A stretch of 64,000 bases of DNA, from the NCBI RefSeq assembly GCF_018977255.1, contig NW_024704742.1:16308001-16372000 (forward strand). Direction: 5' to 3'. Below are positions 1 to 12,600 of the stretch, in pieces (position 1 is the first letter of the stretch; every line of letters begins with the position of its first letter). A program made the position numbers and the translations under genes. The notes below the pieces were generated by a model. That model saw only the letters and a list, made by a program, of their open reading frames with translations. It did not search any database and had not been told where the DNA came from. The stretch is from Callorhinchus milii. Lineage: Eukaryota.

Positions 1-477
1 ACAGGAACATTGTAATGCTCTTTGAGACTTTCTTTTTGTTGTAGGCATTTTTATAGCAAATGCAAGGATTATTTTCTTAATTGAGAAGAAGCCCCTTACT
101 TTGGATGCACATTTGTCAGGTGCTCAGGAAAAAAAAGCATCATGTCAATTTATCCTTTCAATGTCTGCTCCTTTTGCAATTGAAGTCAGATTTGAACAAA
201 TTAAACTTTCAAAATTCAGATAATTTCAGAAGCTTGCGTTTGGATTTGCTGTTCATCTTCATGTATGACAGAGTTGGGGTATACAATATATAACAATATA
301 GGTATACAAAGCATTATAACTGGCTATATTTGAATATGAAGTTTCATTATTAAAATAACATGACTTTTACCAGGTAGAAACGTAATGATCTGAATGGTGT
401 GTGATGAGGGGCTTTTTAATGCAGTGTACAGTACATGAATAATTTCACAAATATTCTTTTATAATCACAACTTTAAG

Positions 478-605
478 GTTGCAGAGGTGTTAAACAAGCT
501 GAAGCCGAAAAAGAATAGAATTTCAGACAAAAACATGGTGACTCATTTTCCACTGATGGTGGATTCCTTAAGGAAAATGGATAGATTGCCAGCTTTGTTC
601 TTCTC
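478..605 (+). CDS. DDX60: DDX60 exon ([10 protein letters not shown]...MDRLPALFF)
   Basis: aag|GTT acceptor, TC|gtaag donor; LPALFF matches DDX60. Confidence 0.85.
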
Positions 606-3600
606 GTAAGTGTCTCTTTTTAATATAAATTCAATTCTTTTCAGGTTTTTAATAAAAATTTGCATCATGGAATGAAAAAGGGTGGCCATCAAGCCAATTC
701 CCCTCCACAATCCACGTGGAACCTCCCTACCTTTCTGACCTGCTTACTCCCCACTCCACCACCCTCCACCTCCGCACATCTGTCTCCAGACTCCTGCCTG
801 TCCCTCGTCCCCTTCACTCCACCATCGGTGATCATGTTTTCAGCCACCATGCCCCAAACTTTAGAACTCTCTTCCTCAATCCCTCCACGTTGCCCTCACC
901 GTCCCCATTTTCAGATCACGACTGAAAACCTTCCTCTTCAACCGTGCTTATAGTCACCATTCCAGCTCCTCGTCAGGCTGTGGTATTGTTAAGTACTCCA
1001 AAATGCTACCCCGCATAAAGGGTGCTAAATAAAAGTTGTTGTTGCAAACTGCAGTGGAGCTTTGTTGTGACGTAGCGGTCAGGATCCATATATCTCAATC
1101 AGCGCTATACCAAGTTTCACTGTGTGCGCGCGTGTGTGTGTGGCTGCAGGTCCTTTTCACACTTAAACAAGCCGACCTGGGTCATTGGAACCTTGCTTCC
1201 TGTGCACTATGTATGCAAAAAGCAGGGAATATCAACGGCAGACATACCCAGAAGTTGGCAATGTTTAGCAGATGAGAAGCTAAATTTGCCAGCGTTGGAT
1301 CATTGCTACTCAGTGACTTGTGCACAAGCATGCTGCTCTCTGTGTACAATACACCACAAAGTTATCTATATAAAGTGCACAATGATACAGGAGGCTAGTT
1401 GGTGTTTGTTGCTGGCACTGAGTGGATGTTATAGTGGAGGTCTTCTGAGGTTGTTTGTAAGCACGTGTTTGCTGCTGGTACTGAGTTCTGAAACTGCTGA
1501 AGTATCTGCCATCGACATCTAGCAAGTTTATCACAATGTCACCAGAACAAAAGTGCACTTGTTAATTTTCATAAAAATGGAAATATGAGTTTTTCGAAAT
1601 ATGTCCCCTGTAAAATAAAAGGTTAGTGTGGAAATAATTAAATGATTATTTAATCATTGAAGATTTGTGAAGGGAGAGGGGACGAGGAACAACAACAAAC
1701 TGCATTTATATCGCGCTTTTCCCGTTGGGAGGATGTCCCAAGGCGCTGGACAGTGAAGGGTTTGCACTTGAGCTGGGGGTTAGAATCAAGAGGGGTGGGG
1801 GGGTGGGGTGGGGAGTTGGGAGGATGGCCGAAGGCACGGTCAAAGAGGAAGGTCTTGAGATTGGGCTTGAACTAGGGAAGGGGCGAGGCGAAGCGACTCT
1901 GGAATGGAGTTCCAGAGGGTAGGGGCAGACAGAAGATCTCCCCCGCTTTTTTGTTAAGGTCGCGTACATATTACCAGTATATTGGTCTGCTGTTTTTATG
2001 GAATTTGCTCCCGTACCGCCCCAGCTGCTCCCACTGCTCAGTGAGCACTCACCTGCTTCATGTCACTGCCCCACTATTGGTGGTTGAGCTTTCAGCCATT
2101 CTACTGACGTGCTCCTGATGTGAAAGGTGCTGTATGATTGCAAAATTGTTGAGTTCAGTTATCTTCTTGTAGATTTAGCATTTCCACGGTCGAGCGCTTG
2201 GCGAAAGCGGTGTTCGTCCATGCGACTGAGAAGGAGAGGTTGAAGCGGAAACCAGATGATGAGAAAAAGAGAAATGAACTTGAGAACAAGCTTCGAAAAC
2301 TAGCAAAGCGAGTCGGCAAAAAGCAGCCTTCTTCGTAAGTATTCTCAGCAACTCTATATTTTCCTCTTCAGATTAGATCTGGTGAAATTATATTGTGCTT
2401 TTCAATTTCAGATAAAGTTTTTTTTAAGATGTATTCTTGTACCAAAATATCAGTAGGTTTATTCTTATATAAATTACATAGTATTGTTGCTCACCAGTAA
2501 ACTCTTCTTGATTTCTATGGCAGTTGAGTAGATTTGAATCTTGATTGTTTCCTCCTTCCCATCCTCTTTCTCTATGCTCTACAATCCCTGCTGGCATTTA
2601 CTGACTTTTTTTTACTGTCAGTAAATGCTGCTACTGGCTTTGTAATTATTTGAATCCCGCGAGCAGAAGATAGCGAATAAGCTATTTTCTGCTCCTGGAC
2701 CCCAGAATGTGCGTTTGGGTACTGCTGGAGTCTAACCAGCTAAAATCTCATAGCACTGTGGCAAGCTTTGCTGCAGCTGTTCCAGCTCGGACCACCCTAC
2801 ACATTAGGGTTTTGGCTTGCAGGGCTAACAGGAGCAGAGTGGGATGACTCCCTGCCCCCAGCGACTGGTGTGCCCTTCCAAATCCTGCCGTTAAGACAAG
2901 CTGTCTGTGCTGTCATCAGCAGTGCCCAGGAATACTGCGTACCCGCCTGGCTTAGGAACCAGAATACCAAGACCACCAGAGGGCTGGTTCGATTCTGATA
3001 TTTTATTGTCTATATATGTTACCTTAGAGCCAGTTCAGCTCCAAGGAGACCCCGCTTACCTCCCCTCCCCCAAGGAGGGTAGTCATTGGTTAGTCGTTTG
3101 ACGTCCGACAAGTGCGGTTGTGAGCCCTGACTAGGTGGATGGTAGGTACTAGGAACTCCCTGCGAGCTTCCTGGTGGGCAAAATAGCTCAGCATGAAATG
3201 TGTGAGAGCATTGCCACCATCTCGTGGAGTCCTGTAGCTCAGTGGTTAGAGTAGTCACCTTGTAAGCGAGAGACCTTGGTTTTATTCCCAGCAGGGCGAA
3301 ATGTTGGGCAAGTTTCCTTACTCCCATGCCTCTTTACCTAGCAGTAAGTTGGAACCCGGTTGTTAGTCAATTGGCGGATTGCTTTTCCGGGAATAGTAAT
3401 CCTTTAAAAAAACAATAATAATTTGGTCACTCAATCAAGACTGTTTGTGGGAAACTGCTGTGAGCAATTGGCTGCTGCGTTTCGCCCACAAATACAGTCA
3501 ATTCACTTTACATTATATTCTGTGAAGTCCTTTGAGACGTCTAGAAGATGTTAAAAGCACTATATCAAATGCAAGGATTATTATTATCTTTCTATCCGCA

Positions 3601-6600
3601 GGTCTGGGCACACGTCCCTTCCCATTGAGCGATGCTAGATCTTTAAAAGTTACCGAATAGTGAAGTAATAATTAATGTATCATGAATGTTTACTGAAAAT
3701 AAGTATTTTCCTTTACATCTAATTGTTATCAGATCAGTTATTATTTGCAGCAGGTATGAGGTGCCTCTTGAGGGAGTTTACAATGTAGTTTGGAATCAAT
3801 CTTGTTCTATTATGTCCATGAATTTTAACCATTGTATCCTGTACCAATGTTGCTAATTGCAGGGAGCCAAAGGTATCCATCAGCAAGGCTGACAACATGG
3901 TACTCAATGAAACTGAGCAAGAGAGACTACAGCATAGACTTGAAGAGATGAATAAAATCCCGGAAGACTGCACTTACGCTGTAGAAACTGCTGCAGATTC
4001 CAAGGTATAAAAGCATAAGGAAAATGCTTGTTAGAAAACATCAGCCAGGCTTAACAAACTAGATAATCTTTTGTTTTCACCTTTAATCTTGTTCCTCGCC
4101 GTTGTCCTTGTTGGTGTTGGTAGCAATCCCCTGTTTTTTGCCTTGTCTGGAGTTAGGTTGTAAGAGTTTGCTGCATTTTTAAGATCCTTTTCCTGGATCT
4201 GCGTTGCTCGATCTCTGTTTAACGGTATATATGATTTCCAAGTGGCACTAACCTAGATTAATTTTCCCCTTCCCTTCTTAGCTTTTGCAGATAATCTTTC
4301 GCAGATTGCAGTATGTAACCACTGCTCCTCACATGCGTTCGTATTTGGAGAGAGGAATTGGCTACCACCACAGTTCGCTCAACACCAAAGCAAGACAAGC
4401 TGTCGAGATGCTTTTCAGACTTGGATTTGCCAGGGTTAGTGACCTTGTTTACAGATCTGTTTACTTTTATTAACGTAGAAAACATCTGGTGTTGTGACCC
4501 AGTTAAAACAAAACACCATTTTGTTTTAATAATTTAAGATTGCACAGATTTGTGGAGGCATATAACTGCAGAAACTAATTCAAGACTGAACTAAGAATTT
4601 TGCACAGTTTTTCTGCACCATGTAAAATTTAAGAAAAGATGGCTTTGCAGGCTAAAACCAGGTGGAATTTAGGGCTTGGGTTGGCCATATATAATTTTTT
4701 GAAGGTTCAATAGTTTTTAATAAATATATAAACTTTTGTGATATTACTTATCTGAAATATTTGGATCCTGTAGTACAGGGCATTTTACCTTGAAAATCAC
4801 ACACCTTTAATGTTCAAACTAAGGAGAACTCTTACTGAGATTACATGTAACTCATACTGAAATTATTTTCCTCTGCAGGTGGTGACTGCGACTGGATCTC
4901 TTGCTTTGGGTATTAATATGCCGTGCAAAACTGTGGTCTTTCTGGATGATTCAGTATTTCTGGATGCCTTGCAGTACAGACAGGTATTAACATTGGGATC
5001 AGTATTTACAGTAATGGAGTCTAATATGTGGCCGTTTCGAGTTCATTTCATCAATAAGAAAACCGAGTGGGGAGTCCTCTGGTAACCGGAAATACATTGC
5101 ACCAATTTTCGAGAGCTCTGCACTGACAGTAGATTGACTTGGAATGGCATTCCCATGAGTCGATGTGATGTATTTCTGATTTTCTTAACAAATTAATTAG
5201 AATTTGCCAGATATTGGATCTCATTGTGTGTGTTTGTTTGAAGTTCTCTCTCGGGGATGTGAACATAAAGTGAAAGGCTGCTGAACGAGTCAGTAAGGGA
5301 ATGGTTTCAGTGCACAACAGCCTATCCAACATGTCCTATTGTTACAGACCATTGCACCAATTGGCTTTGTCTGGATTTAGTTCTTGTTGCCAGTCTGTTT
5401 CAGGAGAGATGATGTGTCTTAGTGAAGTCTTGAGCAGAAGTAAAACTGCCCACTGGGAAAAACGGGTACCTGGAGGACAGCTCTTGTGTTTGTGACTAGT
5501 GACTTCCTCATCACTGGTTACAGATTGGAATTGGCATAGGTGTGTTTGCCTATCCATATTCAGTTAGAAATAGTGCAGGGAGAAGAGTAAAACTTAAATA
5601 GTATCAATGAAATAATGAAAATATTATAAAAATGTACAATTAATGGTACACACATCAGACACTGTATTTCTCTGTTTATCTTTGCAGATGTCTGGACGAG
5701 CTGGCAGAAGAGGTTTGGATGTGATTGGTAATGTACTTTTCTACAATATCCCAATGCCCAAAGTACAAAGGCTCCTGAAAGCAAGTGTGCCTACACTGAA
5801 GGGACAGTTCCCAATAAACGTTTCTCTTGTACTTCGGCTTATGCTGTTGGTGGCTATGGCTGATGACAAGATGGATGCACAAGCTAAGGTATATAATTTC
5901 GCTGAAAAGCCCTGCCATTTCAGTTGCATTTACCAACATGTGGTGTGATAATCCTTGCATTTGATATCAAGCCTTATCACATGGTCAAAACGTCTCAAAT
6001 TTAGTATAGTGTCTATATTTGTAGGCAAAAGCAGCAGCCAATTTCCAAATGGCGTTGAGCCACAAATAGACAGTGAAATAAGTGATCAATTTTATTTGGG
6101 ATGCTGGATAGTCCAGGATTTGCACTCAAGCTGGAAGTGGGAGCCAGGGGGGAAAGATGACCCAAGGCTTGGTCAAAGTCTTGAGGCAGACCTTGGAGGT
6201 AAGGAAAGAGGGTGAATCTTGGGGACTTGGGATGGAGTTAGATAGAGTGAGGACAGATAGGCTGGCCGAGCCAGCAGTATAAAGCACTTTGAGAGGTCTT
6301 CTTCATGTGAAAGACCTTATTTAAATATATAATGTTTTGTAAATTGTATCAGAGAAGGGTTTAGGAGTGGTGGAACCTCTTGTGGAATACAAACTCTGGC
6401 ACAGATTAGTTGGAGTGGCCTGTTTGTGTGCAGTAACTTGCTATGTAACATCAATTTGGATTTAAAAAACCCTTCCTGTAGGTTGGGTGTCTTGAAGAGC
6501 TCAGAAATACTATGGGAATTCCTGAGCAAGGAGGTGGAATTGAAGGGTTTTGACCATAGACATGATTACAAAGAAATGGTTTAAAGTGTTTTAAAAGCAT

Positions 6601-9600
6601 TGAGTGAACAAAACCATTTTAAAGAGTTCGGGGTGGGCATAGTGGCTCACCAGTTTGATCACCAGTTATACAATAATATGACCCCATAAATGTGTGGAGG
6701 GGGATATGATATCTCAACTAACTTTTAGTTTCAAAGTATTGGTTCCTTCAGACCCAGAGAAGGATTAGCCACAGTATTTCTGCAGCATTGCACAGAACAG
6801 ATCCTTCCTTGTTATGCAGATGTTGCCAAGCCTGGCACATCTGTTCAGGATAATGTTCTGTCATTAAGTCTATTATAGTCTTAATGAGTGCAATTTTCCA
6901 GACTAAATGGTATCTTAAAAACTTTCCTTTTCTCTACCTAGACATTGTCCTTGCTGCAACATTCTCTGTTGTATTATAATCAGCCAAAGAACCAGGTGGT
7001 GTTGAAGCTGTACTTCCTGTTCTGCACACAGTTTCTTGTCCAGGAGGTAAGAGCGAGATGAAGTTGCCTGTCAAAGGAAGGCAGACAAAAATCAAGCAAG
7101 TTTCACTCGGCTAAGTGATAAGCAGACTAGAATTTCAGTTCACTTAAAATCAGCCCTGGGTTTATGTATAAAAACAATTATAGAGATATTTGAACAAGCT
7201 AACAACATGAGACCACTATAGTTTGTCTGGATGGTGTAAAACCATTACGGTCCTGTTTTCATTAATGATTAAAGTTGAGGATTTCCGTTTTTGACAGTCC
7301 TTTACATACAAACAAAATACACTGAAAAGAAAGTTATTCTCTGGCCAGTTTCCCAATCAGACGTTATCTCCATGTGCTGCTGAACGAGCTGCTCAGAGAG
7401 ACCAAAGCCTAGAGGATTTGGAAGTCCCAAGGTGTCAGGAAGTTGTTTGTGTTGGCCAGGGTGATTATTTTCTTTTTCGATTAAAATAATACAAATAAAG
7501 TAGAATGTCTCCCTGCTTTTTGTGTGACAGTCACCGCAGATAAAAGAATTGATGATCTTGATAAACACAAGGAATTCCTGATAACTTATCCCTCCAATGG
7601 AAAAGGGCTCAGTGATGAGTTATCCCAAGTAGTGAGTTAGGCATATGCATAAATACCTAAATAAATGTGCTTAGAATAGTGACAGCATGATGACTGACTT
7701 AAGTGGTTGTGAGAATTCAGGGTCGAGTTATCAGACATTTACAGTATTATGTTTGCTTTGACTAATGTGGAAACTGTACCTATAATTGATATTTTCACTG
7801 CTAAGTGAGTACTGGATGAGGAGTAGGGTTGGGCTTGAATGGTGCTTCTTCCCCAACCAAATGGGGTGTCCAAAAGTATACTGTCCATGCTCACATAATG
7901 AGAGTAGTGAGAATAAGTGCTCAAGTGTCCAGCATAAGTGAGTCAATTGAGAAAAGGAGAAAATGGGAGAAAATATTATGTTTGTAATATGTAAGTTTGA
8001 TTCTTATAGGGTTTCCTGGATCAAGAAGGGACACCACATGGATTTGCAGGACTGGTGACCCACTTACATTATCATGAGCCGGCTAATTTTGTCTTTGTGA
8101 GCTTCCTGGTAAAAGGTCTATTTCACAAGATCTGCTCCCAGCCACAGGAATCAGCGGGAAAAGGTAAGGCCTTCTTGTTCACAACATAAAACATGGGATT
8201 TCACCCAAAGGATTGATGTTTCATGAAAAAAATACATTCTGAAAACTCACCATTTGGCCCAGGTAGTCTGTGCCGGTTTCAGTTAATAAAGAATAAAATC
8301 CCATTTGATGTGAAACTGATGCTGATGAAAATCATGTAGTCCTCAATTATAAGTGATGCAACATTTGGGGGGAATGTTGAAAAGCAGGATTGGATACCCT
8401 CACAAACCATTTATTGAATGTAACTTGGATTTAAGTGTACAGCATATCACATCTTAAAAATTGATATTTGAAACAAATCCCAAGGTTACTGGAAATAAGA
8501 TATTGATCTCATTAGTTGTTCAACTTAGAATATTCCATCAATGTGAAGAAATCCTGTATTTTGCCTTAAGCTCCCATCACTAAGGTTTTAAAAGGAGGAA
8601 TTTCAAGCCTCACATTCCTTATGGGGTTTGTAATTTAGAAGACTGATGTTGATTTCCACAATCAGTAGGGTTTGCCTGCGCGCTGTATTGAAAGTGAGAA
8701 TAAAGGGGTTTATTTATTTGCCTGTGAGAATATTCATTATTTTTATAATGTTCTTGGCAGATGCACCCCGCTTTTCTGAAGAAGTGATGGAGACCTTAGT
8801 TCTGATATTAGCAAACCTCTTTGGAAGGATATATCTGCCATCATGTTCCACTGAGGAGGGCTGGGCTAAATTTCACCAATCAAAGGTATGCAAGTGAAAA
8901 ACATTGGCTCCTTCCTCTGCCTGTATTTCTGTAGCAGTACCTGTGGCTGCCTTGACTATATTTGTGTAGATGTATCTCTGCATTTGATTTATATGTGTGT
9001 GTGTGTGTATATTTTAGATATAAAAAATATATTTTTGTGTGTTTTTTTGTATATATAACAAGCAACTCCCGTTAAAACGCTATTAGCTGGATCTAACGTC
9101 TCAGCGTTTATGTTCGAAGCAGTGCTACAATGAAGTATCTTTGTTCACAAAAAGCTGACTTAATTCTTTAACTTAAGTGATGTACCCTTGCACGAATATA
9201 GCATTAAAACTATACCAAGATTGTACATTTTATAGTTTCCTCCAGCCATTTCACAAATCAAAATGATGCTAGAAATTCCATTTCTGTTCTGAACTTTCTT
9301 TGAATTTGATTGTACTGTTAGATATCAAAAAGGTCACCCAGCATTCCGTTTAGGTAAAATCTGTTAAGCCAAGTTTATATCAAACAAAAATATCATTGAA
9401 GCGCGCTTATTTTAGCAGTCAACCGTCAACGCCGCTAGACTGAGTGCTGCGAGTCCGGAACAGGGTTCTTTCTTAGTTGCTTCAGTTATTCAGGCTTTCG
9501 TTCTTCCATCACCGTCTGTTGGCGCCGTTCCGGACTGCTTTCCACTTCTCTTTTTTGGCTACTTATAGTCAGTCGCCTGTCTTGCCATTACATCCCGTAT

Positions 9601-12600
9601 TTACATATCCAATCACTTGTATTTTACCTCGCCTTATTCGGTGGTTTGTCGACCAACCACCTCGTCCTTCCTAGGGCCCCTCTACCCACTTCTGATACAG
9701 TCATGTACTCGGGTTAATCAATCATTTGGCTTAGTGCCAGCCTGACTGAGTCTCCACAAGGTCTTCCCTTTTTCCTGTCTAAGATAGGAGATTGATCAGT
9801 TTAGGGCTGTATCTGGTGCTTGTTATTTTGTTGTGTGGGATCATTAGTACATTCCTTTTAAGTGACTGGTTATTTTTTATCAGTATCCCGGGATGGTACC
9901 AAGGTCCTCTAGTTTAAGCAACTTGCTCATTAGTTGCTAGTGTTGAGGGTTGCCTTCTGTCGCTTGGCAGCTCCTGTCAGAATCTAGTGACTTATTGCTA
10001 AGTCGAGATCCTGCGTTGACCGGTACCTTGGACCGTTACTTCTGTGGGCTTGTTGTCATTTACTGATAAGAGGTGACACCCTGCCCTTTTCCAAAGTTGT
10101 CCTGTTATTCTTTCAAAAACAGAGAAAACCAGATTTGTCCTATTCCATGACTGTCAGTACTTTCTCCATTCTACATTTGTTTAATGTTCATTATTATTAG
10201 ACTACAACTTCTATAATCTAACAGTACAGTATTTCCATTCAGCAGGTTTTACATGAAAGAAAGCCTGTGTCTTTAAATAGCTGTGAAGATATTTACACCA
10301 CTAGATTTCCCTTGGCCTTCCTACAATGGAATTAATAAAGTGCTGGGTGCAAACCGGCACCAACTAAGTGTCGTAGAGAAGCAAAGAATAATCTAATTAT
10401 ACTGTAATTACAAGTGCAAGGAATACTTTGTTGCTGCCTAGGAATCCTCCTTGACCTGGCAGGCTGCAGAAATGAGAAATGAAACCTAGCAGTTTGATTA
10501 TTTCTGATTTACATGAAACTCAGTTACATAAGAGCTGGCAGGACTTGCTGATGTGCTTTTTATATTTCTAGGTGTTCCTGGATGACCTCCCTCAAGAATT
10601 TGCAGATGCAGTTGACGAATACAACCAATCCATCCAGGAGACCTTTGGATGCTTTCTTCTTTCTGCCTCAAAGCAGGCTGACATGCTGGAAGAATGCCAG
10701 CTTCCTCTGAGCAGAATAAGTAAGAATTTAACCCGTTCTGTTTGGTCTTCTAGTTTGAAGTCACACATCTGTTGTGTTAAAAGATCTCGAGGTACTAATC
10801 AAAGAGAATAGACTTCCTCCCACTGTCTGGTAGTCCAAAGAGTGCTGGATTGGTTGAAGGACAGGCAGATGGTACAGTGGGAGAGCAAGGCGGGTTGATG
10901 CACTGGATGGTACAATGGGAGCATGTACTCACTGTAGTAGTAAAAAGTTGAGTTTTTCGGGGCTGCAAATTTCTTCCAGCATTATTTATTTATTACTGCT
11001 GTTGTCTGACTGCACGAAGGCACTAAAGATACCTTGCTTGTTGACTAGTAATGAAGAGGGGGGACTTTATTGGCAGAGATCTGGAGGCAGGAGAGAGAGA
11101 AAATCACTTTGTTTTGAGCTGCTAAACTGGAACTAGCGGTTCTCCTCTGTGCTGCTGTGGTCCCAGCATTATTTAAGAAATAAACTCAGTTCTTTCAGCT
11201 GTACAAGTACATGGAAGAAACAAGACGAATGACCAGATATGACAGAAATACAATCCAATGTAATTTAATGCACTTAATATTATTAACCCAATGCATTGAG
11301 CACTAATCTGTTTTTAATCCTAAATAAATCTTATCCCTTATGATCAACCCCTCCCTCCCCCTGATCTAATACATAATGTGGGGTTAATAATACTTTTTAC
11401 ATTGCATTTTCATTTCTGTTGAGATCGAATTATATTCTGCATTCTGCCTCCTTTTATATTCCCCAGGAGGAAAAAATGATTACAGTTCCTGCCCTCAACT
11501 CACACCACTGGCTGTGTTATGTTTTTATATATTAGTGAGTGAAAGGTTCCAAATCCAAGGTTGCATGTAATTTTAAGAACACTTTCTGATTTTTCAGAAA
11601 TATTATGAAGCTTAAATACAATGGTGTGTAATTTCTACCCAGACAGATTTTCCTCATTAATGCTTTGGCATTAGCACATGCTTTGAGAGGAGTATTCCAA
11701 GTTTTAAACAATTATTAATGCCTGCATTATTTGTGGTTTGTGGGTTCAAGACACAAGTTAAGACTCTGTACTTGTATAAACCAGGCTGACATTGGGGTGG
11801 GGGGGAGGGGAGGTTGCTGCATTATTGTAGGTACGGTTCTTTGGTTTCAATGTTAAACTGAGGTCTCTTCTGCCTGTTCAGGTGGTTGTTAAAGATCTTA
11901 TGACACTGTTTGAAAATAGAAGGGCATGTTCACTGTGTTCTGGCCAACAAACTTCCAAATTAAAAAAAAATGCGTAATTCATTTCATTGCTGTGTGCAAA
12001 TTGGCTGCCATATGTTCCCTACAAAACCCACAGAGTTTCTACATGTTATACTAAATCCTAAGGAGTACTTTGCAATGTCCTCCAGACATGAAAGGCACTA
12101 TATCAACGTAACTGATATATCTGGAATCTAGTATTGTCCAGTGTGGAAACAAATAGCCGAGTGACACTATTCATCAGTGCTTTTTGTGTTCTTTCCTACT
12201 CCACACTCTTCAGCTTCTTCAGGTGTCCAACGCCTGCCAGCTGGTGAAGGCACATTAGTAGCAGATATGACCACTCCTGGAAAACATCCCACCAATGCTG
12301 TGTCACCATTTGCACGTTTATCTGGCATTACCAACATGGATCTTTTCCAAACATATCACGTAGACAATGTAAGTACTCTTTGCTGCAAGAAGACCGTGCT
12401 TACGGTCAAACCCCCACTCCCCCTCGGAGTCAGGCTCCACCACTCTTAAGCGCTCTGAGATGCTACCCTGCGTGGAGGGCACTACATAAGTGCACGTTAT
12501 TGTTGTAATTATGTATAAGTGACTTCTGATCCCATTGATCCTCATGATGTCTATCAATCCTGTCAAAGTTTCTTTTACTTTTACTTGATTGTCTTAGTCA

